A stretch of 64,000 bases of DNA, taken from positions 2,977 through 66,976 of the forward strand of contig JBBTSM010000010.1 of assembly GCA_038064675.1 (NCBI GenBank), in the 5' to 3' direction. The position numbers and the translations under genes were made by a program. The notes beneath the pieces were generated by a model. That model searched no databases, had not been told where the DNA came from, and was given only the letters and a program-made list of their open reading frames with translations. This DNA is from Patescibacteria group bacterium (lineage in GTDB: Bacteria > Patescibacteriota > Patescibacteriia > UBA9934). Below, one piece after another: positions 59,934 to 64,000 of the stretch (positions within the stretch are counted from its first letter, which is position 1; each line of letters opens with the position of its first letter).

Positions 59934-60740
59934 TTACTTTCGAATACCGATGTTTCCGTTGACCGGCAGAGATTTCATCAATGTGTCTGAAACAACTTTC
60001 ACTTCATGAAAATCCTTGTTCCACGACAGGAAGACCGCTTCAGTTGGGTACAGGTATCGTCCACCGTCGTGACCACAGAAGTACACGTTGGGATTGTCTT
60101 GTGTGCGAATCATATCTCCTGGCATGCATGTGGTGATTTCTACAACAGCTGTAGCGGTCGCAACAGCTGCCTGAGGCTTCACGGAAACATCGGTGGCACT
60201 CAGCGTGATTGCCGACTCCGCCCTTTGCGCAGCCTTCAACATTGGATACGGATCGATTGGAGCATTGTTGAGATTCAAGATCTCGAAATGGAGGTGCGAC
60301 CCGGTGCTCTCCGCATTTCCCGAATCGCCAACGTACCCAATCTGCTGACCGCGTTTCACATGGGCGCCCTTTTTAATCCCCTCGGCGTATGCGTATTCTG
60401 GACCACCCTTCCCGTCGTCGGTTCCCGGAGTGTCGTTGTTCAAATGGACGTAATTATATTGATACCCGTCGTCACCGCCCAGCATGATCATGTATCCGTA
60501 GCTCGGCTCCACCATTGGAGCAAAAAGGATCGTGCCGTCCACTGCCGCAAGGACTGGAAGCATCTTGGCCGCCATAATGTCTGTGGCGTGATGCACGCGG
60601 CCACCGCTTCGTGCCGCGGTGAAGGTGTCGGTGAACGAGACGTCGCCCACCACTGGGAACGTGATGTCGCGAACAGTTTCAGCGTGGGCGAACGCTGGCA
60701 CGCCCAAGAGCAAAAGCACGGAACATATCCAATACTTCAT
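59934..60740 (-). CDS. secreted M23 peptidase
   Basis: Signal peptide, HHATD, YVHL, HLHFE. Confidence 0.93.
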   Translation of the reverse strand: MKYWICSVLLLLGVPAFAHAETVRDITFPVVGDVSFTDTFTAARSGGRVHHATDIMAAKMLPVLAAVDGTILFAPMVEPSYGYMIMLGGDDGYQYNYVHLNNDTPGTDDGKGGPEYAYAEGIKKGAHVKRGQQIGYVGDSGNAESTGSHLHFEILNLNNAPIDPYPMLKAAQRAESAITLSATDVSVKPQAAVATATAVVEITTCMPGDMIRTQDNPNVYFCGHDGGRYLYPTEAVFLSWNKDFHEVKVVSDTLMKSLPVNGNIGIRK

Positions 60741-60869
60741 AGGTTCCTATCGTATCAATTTCCCCAATATTTTAAAAGAATTGATGTGGATACGGTGGTT
60801 GACAAATCCATAGACAGAATCCGCCGTATCGGCTACACTTCCCGGTCCGATTTCACCGCAGGAGGATCC

Positions 60870-61652
60870 CTGGCAACTCGCATCATTCCCCTCGATCTCA
60901 CCAACGAGAAAGTTCGACTGGACCTCGAAGCAATGCAGTACGCCTACACCCAAGGTTCGTGCATCGCCTTCGCCGCGGCCATGCATCGGGTCACCGGATG
61001 GCAGATGATCGCACTCGATGCGACGCTCACTCACGTCGGCGTTCGCACACCGGACGGGACCATCTGGGACGCCCGCGGGCCGGTGACGCCGGAAGAGTTC
61101 ATCGAACCGTTCACTGACACCGTGCCCGACGAGTTCCCGGTCGTCAGCTGGGAATATCTCCGAGGAGCGTGTCCGGCGATCGACTACCTTCTCGGAGCGC
61201 AACGACACGCATCGATGATGTTCCCGCAGCTCCCCCACCTGCCCACCAGCGATCGCTCACGGAACCTCGCGTTCATGGACGACGTGTGGGAGCTCGGCAT
61301 CCTGTGGAACTACTGGATTGCAGCTCAGCAACCCGATTCGCTCACCACGTGGCCGATCATCAGGGAGGCATTCGGGGACGAGGCCGGCTACCGCGCCACG
61401 AACAATCACGGCGCGCGAACCGTGGATCGAATGCTCACGTCACAACAGGGTCGCGGGCCGAGTCATCTCCCCCGCGGAATCGAGCAGTTCCTCACGAAGC
61501 TCGCTAGCCTCAGTCGGAAGCACGGCCTGTGGATCCACGCCGTAGGAACGTGGCCGCGGATCGTCCGACTCGATCGCGAAGAGAAGATGGCGGCCGTCTA
61601 CATGATGCGCCAGACCGACACCGCTTCGGGATTTCTCACGACACTCCTCTGA
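60870..61652 (+). CDS. hypothetical protein with a possible Cys-His-Asp triad; probable CTG start
   Basis: TAGACA-17-TACACT promoter, GGAGG then in-frame CTG; GSCIAFA...HVGV...WDARG; terminator at about 61658-61691. Confidence 0.65.
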   Translation: MATRIIPLDLTNEKVRLDLEAMQYAYTQGSCIAFAAAMHRVTGWQMIALDATLTHVGVRTPDGTIWDARGPVTPEEFIEPFTDTVPDEFPVVSWEYLRGACPAIDYLLGAQRHASMMFPQLPHLPTSDRSRNLAFMDDVWELGILWNYWIAAQQPDSLTTWPIIREAFGDEAGYRATNNHGARTVDRMLTSQQGRGPSHLPRGIEQFLTKLASLSRKHGLWIHAVGTWPRIVRLDREEKMAAVYMMRQTDTASGFLTTLL

Positions 61653-61698
61653 AACGCGAAGGCCGCCCCTTATTCCACGGGGGCGGCCTTCATGCTTT

Positions 61699-62010
61699 TT
61701 ACAGTTTCATCATCGCGGCACCGAATTCCTCGTCCGTCGCCTGATCACCGTCGAGAAGCGCGAACGGATTCGCTTGCCAGTGTGGCAATGCGGCCATGTT
61801 CTTTCGCGTCAGTCGCTCCGCGAGAACACGATCGCCGTCGGTCACCGATCCCATAAAGAACTGTACTCCCCCTTCAAAAATATCTTCCGCGGGCTTCATC
61901 GCTCCATCGACAACGTCGAATTTGCACACAACACCTTCCGCGGTCTCGATTCCCACGTCTCCTGCATGGTCCCCTTCGAGTGGCATTCCGCACGCAATGC
62001 ATGATTTCAT
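61699..62010 (-). CDS. putative zinc-ribbon domain protein
   Basis: CIACGMPL...VCKFD...LPHW. Confidence 0.75.
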   Translation of the reverse strand: MKSCIACGMPLEGDHAGDVGIETAEGVVCKFDVVDGAMKPAEDIFEGGVQFFMGSVTDGDRVLAERLTRKNMAALPHWQANPFALLDGDQATDEEFGAAMMKL

Positions 62011-62111
62011 ATACAAAAGTGTATCACCATTCTCTTTTCCCACACCATTGACAGCTCCACAGAACAGGCATGAAATGAAGGGTAAGGCCTTATTTTTAAT
62101 CCTCCTGGCTT

Positions 62112-64000
62112 ATGACCTCTCTTTTTCTTCGGAGAACACTTGGAATAACAACGATCTTTGCCATGTTTTTGGGCTTTTTCCCAACAGCAGCTGGTGCAGC
62201 ATGGCTCGCCGCCCCAACCAACGTCACCCTTGATGGCGGCATCTACACCAACGACACCACGCCAACCGCCACCTGGACACGCCCTTCTGGAGCAACCTGG
62301 TATCAAATTTTAGTCGATAATGGCAACTGGATCGATATTTCCAATACCGACTCCTACACCATCTGGAGCCTAGCAAACGGCTGGCACACGTTCTACGTTC
62401 GTGCTCGCGACAATAGCAACACCGTAAGCGTTTCAGACTCCGTCACCTTCGAAATCGACACAGCTGGCCCAACCGTTCCTGCAGTTTCGCCATCAACGGC
62501 AACTGAGGATCGCGCAACAACCTTTAGCGTAACGCCTTCCGGCGAATCTACAATATCGTTCTGCGATCTGTACGTGAGCGGATCCTCTGTCGGATCGATG
62601 ACGAAAAACGGATCAACCTTTACCAAGTCCTACACGTTCACCAACGACGGCAGCTACACGGTGTACGCACGCTGCGCCGATGGTGATGGGAACTACACCA
62701 CTGGAACATCGCGCACGGTTACGGTAAGCAATGTGGATGTTTCAGACACCTTCTCCGTTCCATCAGTGTCTCCTTCAATCGCAGTAGAGGATCAATCAAC
62801 AACCTTCACCGTTACTCCATACGGCACACTCGATGCGATCGCCTGTAATCTGTACGTCAGTGGCGCGTACGCAGGATCGATGAGCAAGTCGTCAGCAACA
62901 TTCAGCAAGAGCTACACCTTCTCGAACGATGGCAGCTACACCGTGTACGCGTCTTGTGAAAACGAGAACGGCAGCTGGGTGAATGGCACATCACGAACCG
63001 TCAGCGTGAGCAACATCGACGTAAACGACACATTTTATGTGCCATCGGTTTCACCATCGTCAGCGAACGAGGACGAATCGACAACATTCACCGTGTCGCC
63101 ATACGGCACACTGGATGCCATCGCATGTAACCTCTACGTGAGCGGATCATCCGTTGGTTCCATGAGCAAATCCGGCAGCACATTTAGCCGCAACTACACC
63201 TTCAGCAACGACGGAAACTATACCGTCTACGCGTACTGCGAAAACGAGAACGGCACTTGGACATACGGAACGTCACGCACTGTTACCGTCAGTAACACCA
63301 ATACAAACGATACATTCACCGTCCCATCGGTTTCTCCTTCAACGGCAACCGAGGACCAGTCCACGACATTCTCTGTTACGCCATACGGCACACTCGACGC
63401 AGATGAATGCAAACTCTACGTCAGCGGATCATCTGTTGGATCGATGAGCCAGTCTGGCGACACCTTCTCCAAGAACTACACCTTCTCGAACGACGGGAGC
63501 TACACGGTGTACGCGTACTGTCAGGATGAGAATGGCGACTGGGAATACGGAACATCACGCACGGTTACCGTGTATCAGCAAAGCTCGAGCAACACATCGC
63601 TCGATGTTCCAACGGTTTCCCCATCAACGGCAGTGGAAGACGAACGAACCGAGTTCACCGTGTATCCAACAAGCAACTACAATGTTACTGATTGCTGGTT
63701 GTATGTGAACGGCTCACGCGTCGCAACAATGGACGAAGAATCCACGAACCGATTCGCTGCAGACTACACCTTCAGCAACGACGGCAGCTACAGCGTGTAC
63801 GCACGATGCACCGATAGCCACGGCACAACGGTGAACGGCGACGAACGCAGCGTGTACGTGAGCAACCAGTCGTATTCGTACGACGACGCAGACCGCGGAA
63901 CACTCATCAAAATTCCCTGTGGCGTGTATTCCAACACATCGGAAACGTGTAAGGCCGTGTATTACTACGGCAACGACGGCATGCGCCACGTGTTCCCAAA
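62112..64000 (+). CDS. secreted surface protein with five tandem ~94-aa Ig-like repeats; runs off the window
   Basis: Signal peptide MTSLFLRR...AGA; repeats VPSVSP...CxLYVSG...YTFxNDGSYTVYAxC with ~282-nt period; no stop before base 64000. Confidence 0.88.
   Translation, partial: MTSLFLRRTLGITTIFAMFLGFFPTAAGAAWLAAPTNVTLDGGIYTNDTTPTATWTRPSGATWYQILVDNGNWIDISNTDSYTIWSLANGWHTFYVRARDNSNTVSVSDSVTFEIDTAGPTVPAVSPSTATEDRATTFSVTPSGESTISFCDLYVSGSSVGSMTKNGSTFTKSYTFTNDGSYTVYARCADGDGNYTTGTSRTVTVSNVDVSDTFSVPSVSPSIAVEDQSTTFTVTPYGTLDAIACNLYVSGAYAGSMSKSSATFSKSYTFSNDGSYTVYASCENENGSWVNGTSRTVSVSNIDVNDTFYVPSVSPSSANEDESTTFTVSPYGTLDAIACNLYVSGSSVGSMSKSGSTFSRNYTFSNDGNYTVYAYCENENGTWTYGTSRTVTVSNTNTNDTFTVPSVSPSTATEDQSTTFSVTPYGTLDADECKLYVSGSSVGSMSQSGDTFSKNYTFSNDGSYTVYAYCQDENGDWEYGTSRTVTVYQQSSSNTSLDVPTVSPSTAVEDERTEFTVYPTSNYNVTDCWLYVNGSRVATMDEESTNRFAADYTFSNDGSYSVYARCTDSHGTTVNGDERSVYVSNQSYSYDDADRGTLIKIPCGVYSNTSETCKAVYYYGNDGMRHVFP

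Noticed and set aside
60006-60869. 548-aa version of the plus-strand ORF
   Set aside because: The first 288 codons are largely antisense to the M23 peptidase; promoter and RBS point to 60870.
62469-63870. Tandem ~282-bp repeats as a CRISPR array or DGR template/variable repeat
   Set aside because: They are in-frame protein repeats with no unique spacers, and no cas or reverse transcriptase gene is present.

Overview
Bacterial chromosomal window with the hallmarks of a Patescibacteria (CPR, Parcubacteria-like) genome: mostly SD-less starts (often CTATG), DUF5663/DUF5671/DUF2914 genes and an archaeal/eukaryote-type ProRS. The taxonomy is an inference. The window holds a complete F1Fo ATP synthase operon, metG, rsmI, tatD, proS, pepA, ahpC, msrB, greA, trhO, engB, two ABC-F ATPases, ABC exporters, an ApbE/FMN-binding module beside an OmpR-type two-component system, and a repeat-rich surface protein that runs off the right edge. 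No rRNA, tRNA or CRISPR array was seen. The best candidate for something new is an ~890-nt ORF-less, densely base-paired transcription unit on the minus strand (31785-32675). It has its own sigma70 promoter, its own terminator and two apparent pseudoknots, so it is a probable large non-coding RNA. Other leads: HyfB/HyfF-like membrane subunits lacking conserved charged residues; a 1639-aa DnaJ/glycosyltransferase protein with an orphan paralogue in a cassette inserted at the ahpC 3' end; several families of structured intergenic repeats alongside a RAYT-like transposase; and an unannotated 48-aa basic protein with its own promoter and terminator. All family assignments come from motif recognition, not database searches.
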